Counted from the first letter of the whole stretch, positions 48,948 to 61,980 are shown. The stretch is 63,331 nucleotides of DNA, filler included, from Stramenopiles sp. TOSAG23-2 (GCA_900128395.1; 57 parts of 57 records of this genome joined end to end with filler, not necessarily neighbours in it); one strand, 5' to 3'. Made by a program: numbers and translations. Notes: generated by a model not told the origin, from the sequence alone.

Positions 48948-49047
48948 NNNNNNNNNNNNNNNNNNNNNNNNNNNNNNNNNNNNNNNNNNNNTTAATTAAT
49001 TAANNNNNNNNNNNNNNNNNNNNNNNNNNNNNNNNNNNNNNNNNNNN

Positions 49048-49956
49048 AGTTCTAAAAAAAAGAAAAAACAACAAAAATCAAAGTCATCGAAGAAGAAGAA
49101 GCAACAAAGTAGTCTTATGAAATTCCTAAGAAAACACATCCCATGTCTGCAAGTGAAGCAAGAAGTTAACTTAGAAGGTATGTCTTTGAATGCTGTAAAG
49201 TTATTGGGTTTTAGTGAAAAAGACATAATCAAAATCAAATTAAGATTTGATGATATTGATATAGATCAAACGGGTGAAATAGATTATACTGAATTTCTTG
49301 ACGACATAAGTGAAACTAGATCGCCGTTTGTAGATGCGGTTTTCCAATTGGTGGATGTTAATGGAAACGGTAACTTAGATTTTGGCGAGTATATACAAGT
49401 ATTTTGTTTATATTGCACGTATAATAAAGATGAAATTTTAACATTTGTTTACGAAACGTTTGATAAAGATGGCAGTGGTACAATTGATGAGGAAGAGTTT
49501 ATGTTATTAGCAAAAACTGTTTCTGCAGCAGCGCCCATGTTTCCCGGTAATTTTGGCCGCGCATTAGAAGAGTTTGATACAAATGGGGATGGTTTAATTG
49601 ATATGGATGAGTTTAGAGAATTAAATCGACGCTATCCACTTGTATTGTTTCCAGCATTTCGATTACAAGATAATCTTCAAAGAGGTTCACTTGGGTTAAA
49701 ACGGTGGACAAAAATATTGCAGTTAAGGCAAAAAGGAAAGACATTGCGAGAATATAAAAAAACACACCAAGGGCAACTACCACCAATTCCGCCACTAACG
49801 CGTTTTGGAATGCGGTTTTGTTGCTGTTGTGTCAAAGGTCCATACGCAGATGTGATATTGGATTTTGATGATGATGACATTGGCAGTGGATCACCGACAA
49901 CAACACCTCCTCCAGAAAAAGAGAAGAAGAAGAAAAAGAAGAAAAAAAAGAAATAA
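49048..49956 (+). CDS. Four-EF-hand calcium-binding protein, 3' part
   Basis: DIDQTGEIDYTE, DVNGNGNLDFGE, DKDGSGTIDEEE, DTNGDGLIDMDE. Confidence 0.92.
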   Translation, partial: SSKKKKKQQKSKSSKKKKQQSSLMKFLRKHIPCLQVKQEVNLEGMSLNAVKLLGFSEKDIIKIKLRFDDIDIDQTGEIDYTEFLDDISETRSPFVDAVFQLVDVNGNGNLDFGEYIQVFCLYCTYNKDEILTFVYETFDKDGSGTIDEEEFMLLAKTVSAAAPMFPGNFGRALEEFDTNGDGLIDMDEFRELNRRYPLVLFPAFRLQDNLQRGSLGLKRWTKILQLRQKGKTLREYKKTHQGQLPPIPPLTRFGMRFCCCCVKGPYADVILDFDDDDIGSGSPTTTPPPEKEKKKKKKKKKK

Positions 49957-50155
49957 AAGAAATAAAAGAAAAAATAAAAAATGTTTTGTAATACTCGTAT
50001 ATATAGATATATAAAATGTTCTCTTACTCATATCATATATTATATAAATTTCTCANNNNNNNNNNNNNNNNNNNNNNNNNNNNNNNNNNNNNNNNNNNNT
50101 TAATTAATTAANNNNNNNNNNNNNNNNNNNNNNNNNNNNNNNNNNNNNNNNNNNN

Positions 50156-50774
50156 TACGATTTGATAATAAAGCTAAGCAATCACGTTCCCAACTCAATT
50201 TTGGTAATGAAGCATTTTGTATTTGTTGTTTCGTTTCAAACATTATATTGAAATATTTATGATTTACATTTTCTTTTTCAATTCGTAATAAATGTGTTAC
50301 TATGTTGTTGAAAAAGCATAGTGTGAAATGTATGAGTAAGTGGGAAATGCATGTATAAATATATTGTTGTTAATAGATGGTTGGAGTGAAAGAAGGTTAA
50401 AATTGGATATGCAATCAAGTTTACTTACCAAGTTCTAATGTTTTTTTAATTAATAATGGTGGCTTTGTCATTCGTCTTAATTCATTCATTTTCCCACGAG
50501 ATAATTGACCTACTTCGTTTTTCATATCTTCCATGATTTTTTTAATTGCATCGTATGGTTCTTTCAAAGTTTTAATTAATTGCAATGCTAATTCTTTTTT
50601 GGCTGCTTCATCAATATTTAATTTTTGTAGATTAGCTAAATTGTCTTGTAATTTATTATTTTCCACTTCTAATTGTGCTAATTTTTCTTTCAACGTTTTC
50701 AATTTCTTCGTCAATTGGATGATTTCCCTATCTCGATTCAATTGGTGGTCTCGTGGGGTAAGTGGCTTGCTCAT
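50156..50774 (-). CDS. Coiled-coil protein with dynein stalk/MTBD-like segment; intron 50300-50428; 3'-truncated
   Basis: GTAAGT...TAG intron gives an in-frame join LSRGKMNELRRMTKPPLLIKKTLEL|VTHLL...LSWE. Confidence 0.6.
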
Positions 50775-51264
50775 GATGATGATGTCGATGTTGTTTATAC
50801 TCTCTATATATATATATATAGATGGATGGAAGTTGTCTATCAGGACATTGATTAAGATATATATGCATCAATAAATAGAGGGGTAAATATATATTATTAT
50901 CATCTTTGCATTTGCAGGAGTATTTAATAGGAAAATTATAAATATTAGAATACAAAATTAGTATAAAAAAGGATTTTAGTCCTTTTTTTCTCGACTCTCT
51001 GCATAAAATACCTTCTTCTTAGTAAGGCATACACACATGTATATATATACATTTCCGGCACGACTGTTTCTCTCTCCTCTCTCTCCTTCTCTTTCTCTCC
51101 CCCCCTTCCCCTACAAACAATATTGAAAATCAATATTTGTATCTATTAATTTATTTATTTTATNNNNNNNNNNNNNNNNNNNNNNNNNNNNNNNNNNNNN
51201 NNNNNNNTTAATTAATTAANNNNNNNNNNNNNNNNNNNNNNNNNNNNNNNNNNNNNNNNNNNNT

Positions 51265-51858
51265 ATACGAGTGACTGTACATTTTAATGGAAGTAGTGAC
51301 AATAATCCGAACGAGGATCAAATCATTTCAGTTAATTGTGGAACTGGACAACAAAGTATAAGATGGTTAGCACAAGTTGCATCGTTACAATTGACAAAAA
51401 AAGCAAGACCAAGTGGATATTCAAGACAACGAGATGTGAAATTAAAAATCAGAGGAAATTTATTACCAAAACATGTCGCTTTAACACCACGTGGCGATTT
51501 GCGAGAATTACTTGTTGAAGTGCCAGAGGATAAACGTGCACCAGTTCACCCAAAAGCAAAGATTATAGATGTATTAAAAGATGGCGCTCATGTAAGACTT
51601 AGTGTACAAAATGAAATAAAACCTACAAAAGCATTGCTACCAACAGGTGCAATTTTTGAACGGCCATCATGGACCGAAGTTGCATTTACAAATTCAAACG
51701 ATGGTGTACGACGTTCATCGATTCGTGAAGATGTTTCACCAATGCGTATGAAAAGCCATGGATCACCAGATCGAAAAGCATACGATAAAAAAATGAAATT
51801 AGATCAAGAAATGGAATTATTAAGATTAAATCAAGAAAATGATGATGAGTTCTTGTAA
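51265..51858 (+). CDS. Hypothetical protein
   Basis: 195-aa ORF from the contig start. Confidence 0.65.
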   Translation: MRVTVHFNGSSDNNPNEDQIISVNCGTGQQSIRWLAQVASLQLTKKARPSGYSRQRDVKLKIRGNLLPKHVALTPRGDLRELLVEVPEDKRAPVHPKAKIIDVLKDGAHVRLSVQNEIKPTKALLPTGAIFERPSWTEVAFTNSNDGVRRSSIREDVSPMRMKSHGSPDRKAYDKKMKLDQEMELLRLNQENDDEFL

Positions 51859-51886
51859 ATTTCGATGTGCATCACATGTTTATAAA

Positions 51887-52002
51887 ATTTAAAATAGTTG
51901 TAAAATGTAAAATATATAACTATATATATATACCTATAGTATATTTAAAATAGTTGTAAAATGTAAAATATATAACTATATATATATACCTATAGTATAT
52001 TT
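51887..52002. repeat. ~56-bp tandem duplication
   Basis: ATTTAAAATAGTTGTAAAATGTAAAATATATAACTATA..CCTATAGTAT occurs twice. Confidence 0.85.
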
Positions 52003-52371
52003 TATTGTTCCTATATAAACACAGGTATAATTAATAGTAGTGGCACCAATAATCCAATAATAACGCAGTATCCACAGTCCACAGCAGAGAGAGAAATACA
52101 GTAGATGTTATAGTATATTAATAGTTCTAAATAGTAAAAATAACAAAGCACACCAGCACAACATCGTCACTTTCCAGCTTACTACTACACCTCATAAAAT
52201 ATTTGATCATCATCCGAAGAAGAAGCACCGAATATTATTATTTATTATTTATACTAGGCTTACGCTGATANNNNNNNNNNNNNNNNNNNNNNNNNNNNNN
52301 NNNNNNNNNNNNNNTTAATTAATTAANNNNNNNNNNNNNNNNNNNNNNNNNNNNNNNNNNNNNNNNNNNNC

Positions 52372-53377
52372 GTAAGAACACATTGTGAGTCAATAGCTTT
52401 CTTTGGTGGTGGTGATCGTGAGAAAAGTATTGCATGGAAACGATTTCAAGGTGTATTAAAAGTTGAAAAAGAAAAAGTTTGGGCTGATTTTTGGTTTGGT
52501 AATATTAAATCATTTTTCGTACGCCAAATGCCGGATCGAGTACAACAACATTTACGATTTCAATTTGCAATAAATAATTTTCAAGATGATTCTAAAATAT
52601 TTGCAGATGGTGGTGCGGCACTAAGTATGGGACAACATATGATTTGGGGCGTACAAAATGCAGTGAAACGTAGTGTAAATGATCTTGTAGAAGTTTCGGA
52701 TAAATTTAATAATTTAAGTGGTGTTATTTTTCGCCTTTATGAAATGCAACTTGCAATTGAAGAATTGCCAATACCGGCATTCCGTACCTCTAGCAAAAAA
52801 GCTAAAATGATTGCTAATGGGAATAAGGACAATAAAAAAGTTGATTTGATAATTGATACCAAACCATTAAATCCAACAATTCAAATAAAAAATCTAGATG
52901 TTGTAACACCGACTGGGCAATGTTTATGTTCAAATATTAATTTAGATATTGATAAAGATAATCGATTATTAGTAACAGGTCCAAATGCATCTGGTAAAAC
53001 ATCTTTTTTCCGAGTCATGGGAGGCCTATGGCCTGTATATCCATCTAAAGATGGTCAAATAAATATACAAGGTGATTTATTCCTCGTACCTCAGCGTGTT
53101 TATAGCGTAACTGGTACGTTATTAGATCAAGTAACATATCCGATAAAAGTGGAAGAGAAAGATGTAACTGATACATTGATTGAGGAAGCTCAATCATTAT
53201 TAGATTTAGTTGGTATTGGATATTTAGTTGTTAGAGATGGTGGATGGAATATTGTTAGGAAATTTGAAGATGTGTTGAGTTTGGGGGAGCAACAACGATT
53301 AGGGATGGCTCGATTATTTTTTCATAATCCATCCTTTGCCGTATTGGATGAATGCACCGATGCAGTAAGTGTGGATG
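52372..53377 (+). CDS. Peroxisomal ABCD transporter, fragment
   Basis: EAA-like ESIAFFGGG.RE, Walker A GPNASGKT, GLWP, VPQR.Y..GTL.DQVTYP, LSLGEQQRLGMARLFFHNP.FAVLDECT.AVS. Confidence 0.95.
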
Positions 53378-54105
53378 NNNNNNNNNNNNNNNNNNNNNNN
53401 NNNNNNNNNNNNNNNNNNNNNTTAATTAATTAANNNNNNNNNNNNNNNNNNNNNNNNNNNNNNNNNNNNNNNNNNNNTTAACATATACACAAACTTTACA
53501 ATATTAGTATATGCAAAAACACACCTATCAATATGTGGGATTTATAACAAAACAAAAAACGATCAAAAATATAGAAAAATAATTTTTTTCGATATGTAGA
53601 GTATTATTTTATTATTAATAAATCCATTAGTTGATGTTAAAAAATATTTGTTATTAATGGTATTAGTATATGAATAAGATTGATATTAAAATACTAAAAT
53701 ATCAATAATAGCATTGTTAATAGTATGATATACCCGATATTGGTTATTTTATCGTGCAGAAGTTGGCGATGGTAATTGAGTAAGGGTGATGATTTACTGT
53801 CATTAAAAGGGTTGTTTATTAATAGGTGTAGTTGTTACTTTACGATAATGATGTTTAATAGTCATATATACTTGATAGTATTTTTTTGAGGGTATGTGAT
53901 AGGGGAATATGTTTGAAAATGATGATATAATTATTGACATTGTTTATTTCACCTAGCTCTATTTGGTAGGATTTGGTCGAAATGGCTGGCTCAGGATGAA
54001 GGAAGAAGGAAAAAAATCTAATATTTTAGCAGGTACATAGCACCAATTAGATTAGCATATATATAGCATATATATAGCATTATTACTCCACAATATTTTA
54101 CATTT

Positions 54106-54200
54106 ATTGAATAGCATCGAATAGCATTGAATAGCATTGTAGCAGCATATAGCATTGTATAGCATTGTACAGCATTGTACAGCATTGTATAGCATTGTAG
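54106..54200. repeat. Degenerate 10-bp tandem repeat (AGCATTGTAT-like)
   Basis: About nine successive units. Confidence 0.85.
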
Positions 54201-54374
54201 GAAAAATTTCTGAAATCCGTCATACTTTTTTTAAAAATATATTAAGTATATATATTTGTATACTAATAGTTAATAGTGCTATCAAATCAAATAGGAATCT
54301 CACAGTATACCATTATATATACTTAATATAAATTTAAAAAAAATATATGAACAACGATTTCAGAAATTTTACCT
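54199..54374. mobile_element. MITE-like element with ~55-bp imperfect inverted repeats
   Basis: AGG(A/T)AAAATTTCTGAAATC...TATATTAAGTATATATA is mirrored at both ends. Confidence 0.55.
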
Positions 54375-55691
54375 TGTGCTGTGTACCTGGTACTTAGATG
54401 AAATTTTGGTGGATATTTAATTTATTTATTATTATTTTTTCTTCAATTATGAATAGTGTTATTATTGTATAATATAGATTTATTNNNNNNNNNNNNNNNN
54501 NNNNNNNNNNNNNNNNNNNNNNNNNNNNTTAATTAATTAANNNNNNNNNNNNNNNNNNNNNNNNNNNNNNNNNNNNNNNNNNNNCACTTAATTTTTATCT
54601 CGAAGGCAGGGGTCCTTGCCGTCTGTGCGGCAGCTGGAAATTTGTTTATTGTTTACCACGATTCAAGTACGTCTGAAATGCAAAAGCTAGCCAGCTAGCT
54701 CGCTAATATAATAGCAGCTACTACTGTGTAGTCCATCAAAAATCCTAGTACCTAGTAATAATTCATAAAAATTCATAATTCGCCTGAATGGTGAATGAAA
54801 TTATTAGCTCTACCTGGTATACTAATTAGTACAAAATAATATGATAATTTTCACTTTTCACATCACCCAGATCACATTTTGTTATCCATGCGGGCATGGA
54901 AGTATGCTGGTATGGTTATACCACCAGGTTAAGGTACATTACAAATAAAGGATCGAACACATTTTCCGAAACTATGATCTGTGTTTATTTATACAGATAG
55001 ATGTACATATTGACGTCATCAATAGTATAGACGACAGATGTAATTACTTTAGATTCATATCATTTAGCATTTTTAATAATATACAATTTGTATTGATTAT
55101 AAATATTCTGATGCTATAATAAATATGATATAAATATAAGTAATCGATGGCATTTCAATAAATCCAAACACATGTATTATTCATGTCATGTTATTCATGT
55201 CAAACATCTATATCTATAATAGCTAAGTCTACCTTTATTCATGTGTCTTCAATGTAAATAATAAATAATATTATTAATAAAAATACATAGGAGAGATGAG
55301 CAGCAACAGCAGTATATGAGCGAGATGTTCCAATGATGAGCACATGATGAAAAAATGCATAATTTATACTTGAAAGGTATAATAATTAGAATACTGATAT
55401 GCATATCGCGGTGCCTATCTATCACAGAATTGTAGAAACTACGAAACTACACATGATGTATTTATGATGAATTATGATGTATTACCGTACCTGTATATTT
55501 CAATGCCCAGATAGACGACGGCGACGGGTATCATTTTGGTGAGTCGTACAATGACTTGTACCCCGGTACAATTTATTCTCCGCCATCCTATNNNNNNNNN
55601 NNNNNNNNNNNNNNNNNNNNNNNNNNNNNNNNNNNTTAATTAATTAANNNNNNNNNNNNNNNNNNNNNNNNNNNNNNNNNNNNNNNNNNNN

Positions 55692-56697
55692 CGTTGACTT
55701 ATTGTTAAATTATAGATATCTTTTTGTTGTATTGGTTGTGGTTCATTGTCTTCATCTTTCTTTGTCGTTGTGTCATTATTATTATTATTAAATGATGGTT
55801 CTTTTGCATCGTTATTACTACTACCATATACACTTTGTTTTGCATTGCATTTTCTAAATGTCATCGCTATACTTATACGTGGTTCAATACATTCTTGTTT
55901 ACATTGACCACCCCAATGTATTAATGATGGTACCCATGTACATATATCACCAGCTTTACATATTAATTCACGATTATATGGTGTAATATCAATATTATCT
56001 TTCATTAATTCTTTATTATTATCATCCATGAATTGTAATGTTTTACTTGTTTGCATATGATATATATGTGTATAATCGTAGAAAAAATCATCATGTTCAA
56101 TTGGAACTACGTTCATACAACCATTTTGACTTGTTGCACCAATTGGATTTAATGGTATCCAACAATTTAATGATGTAAATGCTTCTGTATCGATATTATG
56201 GCAATTGGAATATTTCATATCACGATGAGATTGATTAAATAATTGGCCAATATAATTGTTGGATGTAGTGGTTGTGTTATTATTATTATTATTATTATTA
56301 TCCGATGAAGTTGTTGTTGTTGTTGGAGGACGTCGTAAGGACCAACAATTTAAATCACTTTCCATATATACATTTTCATCATCTAATAATAATGCATATA
56401 TATCAAACATATTTATAATGATGTTATACCATATTTCATCATAGATAAATATAAATGAAGGTGGAAAACCTTCTTGTTTTAAATTTGCAATAGTATTTTG
56501 TATTTGTTCATAGATTTGTTGGTTGTTGTTGTTGTCGTCGGTTGTTTTTGTGGTGGTTCTGGTTGCTGTTGTTTTATTATTATTATTATCTTTCATTTCT
56601 CCTAATTCAATAACGTCATAACCTTGATTATTAATTGTTGATATGGATGAGAGAATATTATCTTTGTTACGGTGTTGATTTGTTCTTGTTGCATCGT
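55692..56697 (-). CDS. PhyH-like Fe(II)/2-oxoglutarate dioxygenase, fragment
   Basis: HRD, LNCWIPL..AT..NGCM.VVP, AGD...W...LIHWGG, PRISIA. Confidence 0.82.
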
Positions 56698-56799
56698 NNN
56701 NNNNNNNNNNNNNNNNNNNNNNNNNNNNNNNNNNNNNNNNNTTAATTAATTAANNNNNNNNNNNNNNNNNNNNNNNNNNNNNNNNNNNNNNNNNNNNAT

Positions 56800-57090
56800 A
56801 TTACTGATGATAGTGGAATACAAAGTATTATTGATGTATTAAAAACAAACAAGACATTAAATTGTTTGCTCCTACGTAAGAATCAACTTAGTGATAATAT
56901 GAAATCACAATTATATCATATAGAACTATATAAAAGAGATGGATCAAACGGGTATCAACAAGTGGAGGGGATGAAGATACTGGTGTACTTCCAACCAATG
57001 ATATATTCCGGATTAAATTCAAGTTATGATTCCGATAGCTCTTCCAGCTCTTCCTCCTCTGATTCAGACAGTGATAGTGACAATGATTAA
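56800..57090 (+). CDS. Leucine-rich repeat (RI-like) protein, 3' end
   Basis: ITDDSGIQSIIDVLKTNKTL.CL.L..NQLSD. Confidence 0.6.
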   Translation: MTDDSGIQSIIDVLKTNKTLNCLLLRKNQLSDNMKSQLYHIELYKRDGSNGYQQVEGMKILVYFQPMIYSGLNSSYDSDSSSSSSSSDSDSDSDND

Positions 57091-57138
57091 AATCTAAGTT
57101 ATAATATAATTTTACACTTCTCATGTTAAGTAATATGC

Positions 57139-57803
57139 TCAAATACTCAATTGCAAGAATAATATGCTGATAAATAAAAATATATATATATTCAAATCGT
57201 GTACTTCTGCTTCAAAAATATCTACAAAAATATTTTTTGGGCGTTGTAATGTTCCATATTTCTCTAAAACACTTTGGATGCATATACGACTATTATTGTA
57301 TATCGATTCTATTATTGCTTTATCTTGTTTTAATAATGTTATATTATTATCTACATGACTATTCATATGTTCTTCGTGTGTTACATCATCATCATCGATA
57401 TTTATCTTTGTATTATTGTTAATTATTAATTTGACTAACTTTATTAATGTACGTATTGTTATTATACGAACTTTACCAACATCTTGATCATTATAATTAC
57501 TAATAAATTTATTAATAGCATTAAGTAATCCACTTGTTAATCCTTTTGGATAATTTACATGTTCTATGGTTTCTACATTGTTGTCATCATCGTTTGGCAT
57601 AGTTGCAGTTATCATTGGTGATAATTCATTTGTATTACGTTTAATATTGATTTCAATTTTCTTGAATGTCAATTTTATTCTTTGTAACGTTTGCTCATGT
57701 TTTTCTAGTTGGTTTATGATTGCTTCTACGTCTTGTTTGCTGGGATCATTATTTGTAGTAGTACTTGTTTGTTTGTTTCGTATCTTGTAACACTTCATCG
57801 TCC
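57139..57803 (-). CDS. Hypothetical protein fragment
   Basis: 219-aa ORF from the contig edge. Confidence 0.55.
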
Positions 57804-58373
57804 NNNNNNNNNNNNNNNNNNNNNNNNNNNNNNNNNNNNNNNNNNNNTTAATTAATTAANNNNNNNNNNNNNNNNNNNNNNNNNNNNNNNNNNNNNNNNN
57901 NNNTCAATTGCAAAGACGGGTTCACGAACTACATGTTTAGATGTATGTGTTCTTGGTATTAATGATAAAGAAATGATTGATACTAATTATAATAATAATA
58001 ATTCTGATGGTAGTAGTAGTAATAGTAGTGGCAATAACAATAACAAGAACATCCAAAAGAAAAAGAAGAATAAAAAAAGAAAGAAAAATGGTGGTGGTAA
58101 TAATAACAATAACTATAATAAAAAGAAGAAATAATTTTACGGTTCGTGCACCTAGAGACTTGGAATTTAAGATGTTTTATTTAAAAGCTGTGTGTTAAAA
58201 AATTTATATAAAATATGCATACGATACGTGTTTTTATATGTCGTCGCTAAACACACACACACATCACACATTTTAGCTCACTCTTTCCAGCAGCATTTTT
58301 TTTTAGGTTTTTGTACTCTCTCTCTCTCTCTCTTATCCACTCACCCTACACATTAACACTACACACACACATA

Positions 58374-58909
58374 TTACACTTTCATACTTCGCATATATTG
58401 TTTCCTTGCTTTTTTCATCATTTTCTTCCTTCCATGAGCACCACCCCATGCAGCTGCAAGATGTGCTTCTAAATCACCTTCTTGCTTTATCAATTGATGT
58501 GCCTCTTTCATACTTGCCGGGCGTTCACCACCACTTCCATGGTGTTTTTGAACCCAATTATGTAACATTTTAATATCAAAATAATTTTTACAAACTTGAT
58601 TGATTTGATCCAAGGAATGCCCAGTATCTTTCATAACCCTACGCTTGGACATAATATTTAAATATCCAACTTCTGATAATTCTTTTCTTTTAAAATTTTC
58701 CAAAATTTCCACATTCGCTTTAAATATTGCCAACTCTTTCTTTCCAATACCAGTAGCAGATGCAATTTTACCACGAATACCATCCGCACCACCTTGTTTC
58801 ATCAATTCCTTTGTAATTTTTAAATACGTTAAACTATCAAATTCTTTTGCTTTAACAAGTTCATCGTAAAAAAAATGAAATTGTTCCGTTTCTTGTTTTG
58901 CTTGCCTTT
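58374..58909 (-). CDS. Ffh/SRP54 M-domain-related protein (MAP67-like), 5'-truncated
   Basis: Frame is open to the contig edge: FDSLTYLKITKELMKQGG...ILENFKRKEL....L..SKRRVMKDTG.SLDQINQV.KNY..IKM. Confidence 0.6.
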
Positions 58910-59015
58910 NNNNNNNNNNNNNNNNNNNNNNNNNNNNNNNNNNNNNNNNNNNNTTAATTAATTAANNNNNNNNNNNNNNNNNNNNNNNNNNNNNNNNNNN
59001 NNNNNNNNNGGCAAT

Positions 59016-59717
59016 ATGTCCAAATTCTCGGCGAAGGAATTGGCTAGCCGCAGAGAAATGCTAGAAAAATCACGTTTAGTATTTTTTGAGAAGGTTAGGT
59101 TACAGCAATTGAAATCTAGGAATAGGAAATCGTCCGCGTCGAAAAAAAATAAGAAAATAACGTCAAATGTGTTGCCACGAGTGGACAATAGTTTAGCAGA
59201 CTCTGCTGATATACAAAATTTATCTAATTTGCTTGATGAACATGGTAGAAATTTTATTTCAAGTGAAAGCAATCAATTAAGTTTTGAAAATATAATTTCT
59301 GATAATAATAAATTGCCCCCAAAAAAGAAGAGGAGAAAAAGCAATACGTCGTCCCTATCATTAAGTAGAAGTAAGAAAAATAATTTGAGTACCAGCAAGT
59401 TAAAGAATAACAAACGTGGCAACCGCTCATCTTTGAAAAGTAATGAGAAACGGAATGTATCTAAGAAAAAAGTCACTAATACAGGAACAAAGGATCCTGC
59501 TGGAGATGCTAATCGTTCAAATTCTACTAACAAGAATAAAACAAAGCGAAGGCGTGTGAAAAAAAATCAACAAGTTAAGAAAGGGGCGAGTAATTTGAAT
59601 CCATCTGAAAGCGTTTTATGTTTGCAATCTTTCATTTCGGAAGATAATGATTTGCAAGTAGATATGACAATGTTTCATCCAGAAAAGGAGGAAGCTATCT
59701 TAGGTATACAATTTTGA
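59016..59717 (+). CDS. Lys/Ser-rich hypothetical protein
   Basis: Complete 233-aa ORF. Confidence 0.65.
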   Translation: MSKFSAKELASRREMLEKSRLVFFEKVRLQQLKSRNRKSSASKKNKKITSNVLPRVDNSLADSADIQNLSNLLDEHGRNFISSESNQLSFENIISDNNKLPPKKKRRKSNTSSLSLSRSKKNNLSTSKLKNNKRGNRSSLKSNEKRNVSKKKVTNTGTKDPAGDANRSNSTNKNKTKRRRVKKNQQVKKGASNLNPSESVLCLQSFISEDNDLQVDMTMFHPEKEEAILGIQF

Positions 59718-60115
59718 GAGATAATATATATATATATATACATGCGCATATATATATATATATATATATGATGGGTGTGGAATTATTTCTATTTATGCAT
59801 ACTGGCATACCTGGTATCATATCATTATGACAATATGATATGATAAGATGGATAAAGCTTGGTATATCTCAACAATAATATAATAGACTCTGAGAAGGGA
59901 GAAATATCATATTATATATAGAGACTATAATGGGTCAACGAAACTTGTAGAGACTTACAAGCTAAGGTGATCAAATCCGCGGCTTTTTGCCACAATCGTG
60001 CACTTCGAGATCTTTNNNNNNNNNNNNNNNNNNNNNNNNNNNNNNNNNNNNNNNNNNNNTTAATTAATTAANNNNNNNNNNNNNNNNNNNNNNNNNNNNN
60101 NNNNNNNNNNNNNNN

Positions 60116-61101
60116 AAAAAACGGGTATGCCTTTTCCAAAACCAGGGCCACCTGTATTATTAAATGCCGAGGTAAATTGGTTCCATGATGCGAAAAAAGT
60201 TATCCATCAAGAGTCATCGCCAGGTATGAAATGGCAAAATTATAGCTTATATGTCACTGTGAAACCTGGTAATGGTATTTATAAAGATCCATTTTTACAA
60301 CGCTGGGATGGTGGTCTGCCAATAATTAGATGCAATGCAAAAGCTATCGATAAAACAACTGGTTCAGGCCACGTGTAGTCACAAATATTTAACAAGTGAT
60401 TGGTCCAATAAATTAGCTCTGACTGTCCCGACACGGCTTCCTGAGAAGGATTATGCAAATTGCTATGTAGACCCGGGTGTGCTTAAAAGTGGCAAAACAT
60501 TCCGTTTGCCCGGTTTTAATGAGGCAAGGTATCTATCACGTGTAATATATACTTCATGTGACCTAAGGCATATACTCTTTCCTGGAGATTATGTTAAATG
60601 TGATGGATTAGAAAAAATTGTGACAGCTCCACAAGATCCTAGGCGCTTTACCACTAAACAGGTCTGGTGTGAACCCGATATAATGGAATTGGAATGCTTT
60701 AAAATGGGAATTGATTATAAACCTGAACCAAACGATTGGATTCCACTTAGTGGTAAATATGCCGTATTGAAAAATAGTACTTGCGTAACAGCTGAACAAG
60801 AAATGTTCCAAAAAAAAGATAAATCAAAATCAATAATTAGAACGCCTAATGAAGATATTCATAACACAGAGTGTATTAAATTAGGTTGTCGGCATTATAC
60901 AGTTGTCGATGGTGGATCGCCAGCAAAACCAGGCACTGTTTTACGACCATGCCCTCTTGATATGAGAAAAAAAACAGTAGACAAATATTTAAACATTCGT
61001 CAAGGTATTGATGATGTGGAGGACAAGGTAAAATCAGACAGATTAGTCGAAGAAATTGAAGAAGGTTTAGAAATGACAGCAGAACACATACCATTTGGTA
61101 A
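60116..61101 (+). CDS. Hypothetical protein fragment with apparent frameshift near 60365
   Basis: Overlapping ORFs 60127-60378 and 60335-end; both look coding. Confidence 0.55.
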
Positions 61102-61221
61102 ATATAAACCATCTAAAATTTNNNNNNNNNNNNNNNNNNNNNNNNNNNNNNNNNNNNNNNNNNNNTTAATTAATTAANNNNNNNNNNNNNNNNNNNNNNN
61201 NNNNNNNNNNNNNNNNNNNNN

Positions 61222-61547
61222 GACATGAAATAATGTGATAACGTTGGTTTCCATTCCCTGTTCGCTAAACCCAATATAAAAGGCCTTCTTACTTCAAGGT
61301 AGGGAAATTGATTTTCTTTAAATAAATCCCACGAAACGACTGTTGTAGGATCAGATGCCATAGCTGATTTTTCACTTTTACTAGCAGTCAATAATTCTGG
61401 CTTTAACGTATCATACATGCCTCCCGGGGAGCGAAAGTCAGGAATACCAGAAGCTACCGAGATTCCAGCGCCAGTTAAAATTATTATATTTTTTGCTATT
61501 CCATCATTAATTAGGCTAGCAATTTGTTTTACAGATGTTGATGCCAT
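61222..61547 (-). CDS. SIR2: Class I sirtuin NAD-dependent deacylase, 5' part
   Basis: IIILTGAGISVASGIPDFRSPGGMY, KPTLSHYF. Confidence 0.92.
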
Positions 61548-61980
61548 TAAATGTTAAGTATATATAGAATCCAAATATATTTTTGTCTTTTATTTGGTTG
61601 GTTTTGCTGTGTGTTTCTTTTATATAATATATATGCTCGTTTTGTTGCTTTTGATAAGGTGTTGTTTTTACAGTAATTTCGCTTATTATATATCTTTTTT
61701 CTATTATTGTTCTTTCTTTACTTTTCTTCCAATTAGTTTAAAAAAGGTGTTTGTCGGGGTATAAGTGTAGTAGCTATAGTAGTATTAATATATGCACAGG
61801 AAAGGAAGAAGAACACAACCTGAAAAAATAACAAAAAAAATTTTTATTTTCATACAGATTTTAGTAGACGATCTGGACGACTGGCCAAAAGAGATTTTTA
61901 TACTACACACACACACACGCCATAACATTATAAATCATCCATCATTCATATACACATGCACATATCACATAATATATACA

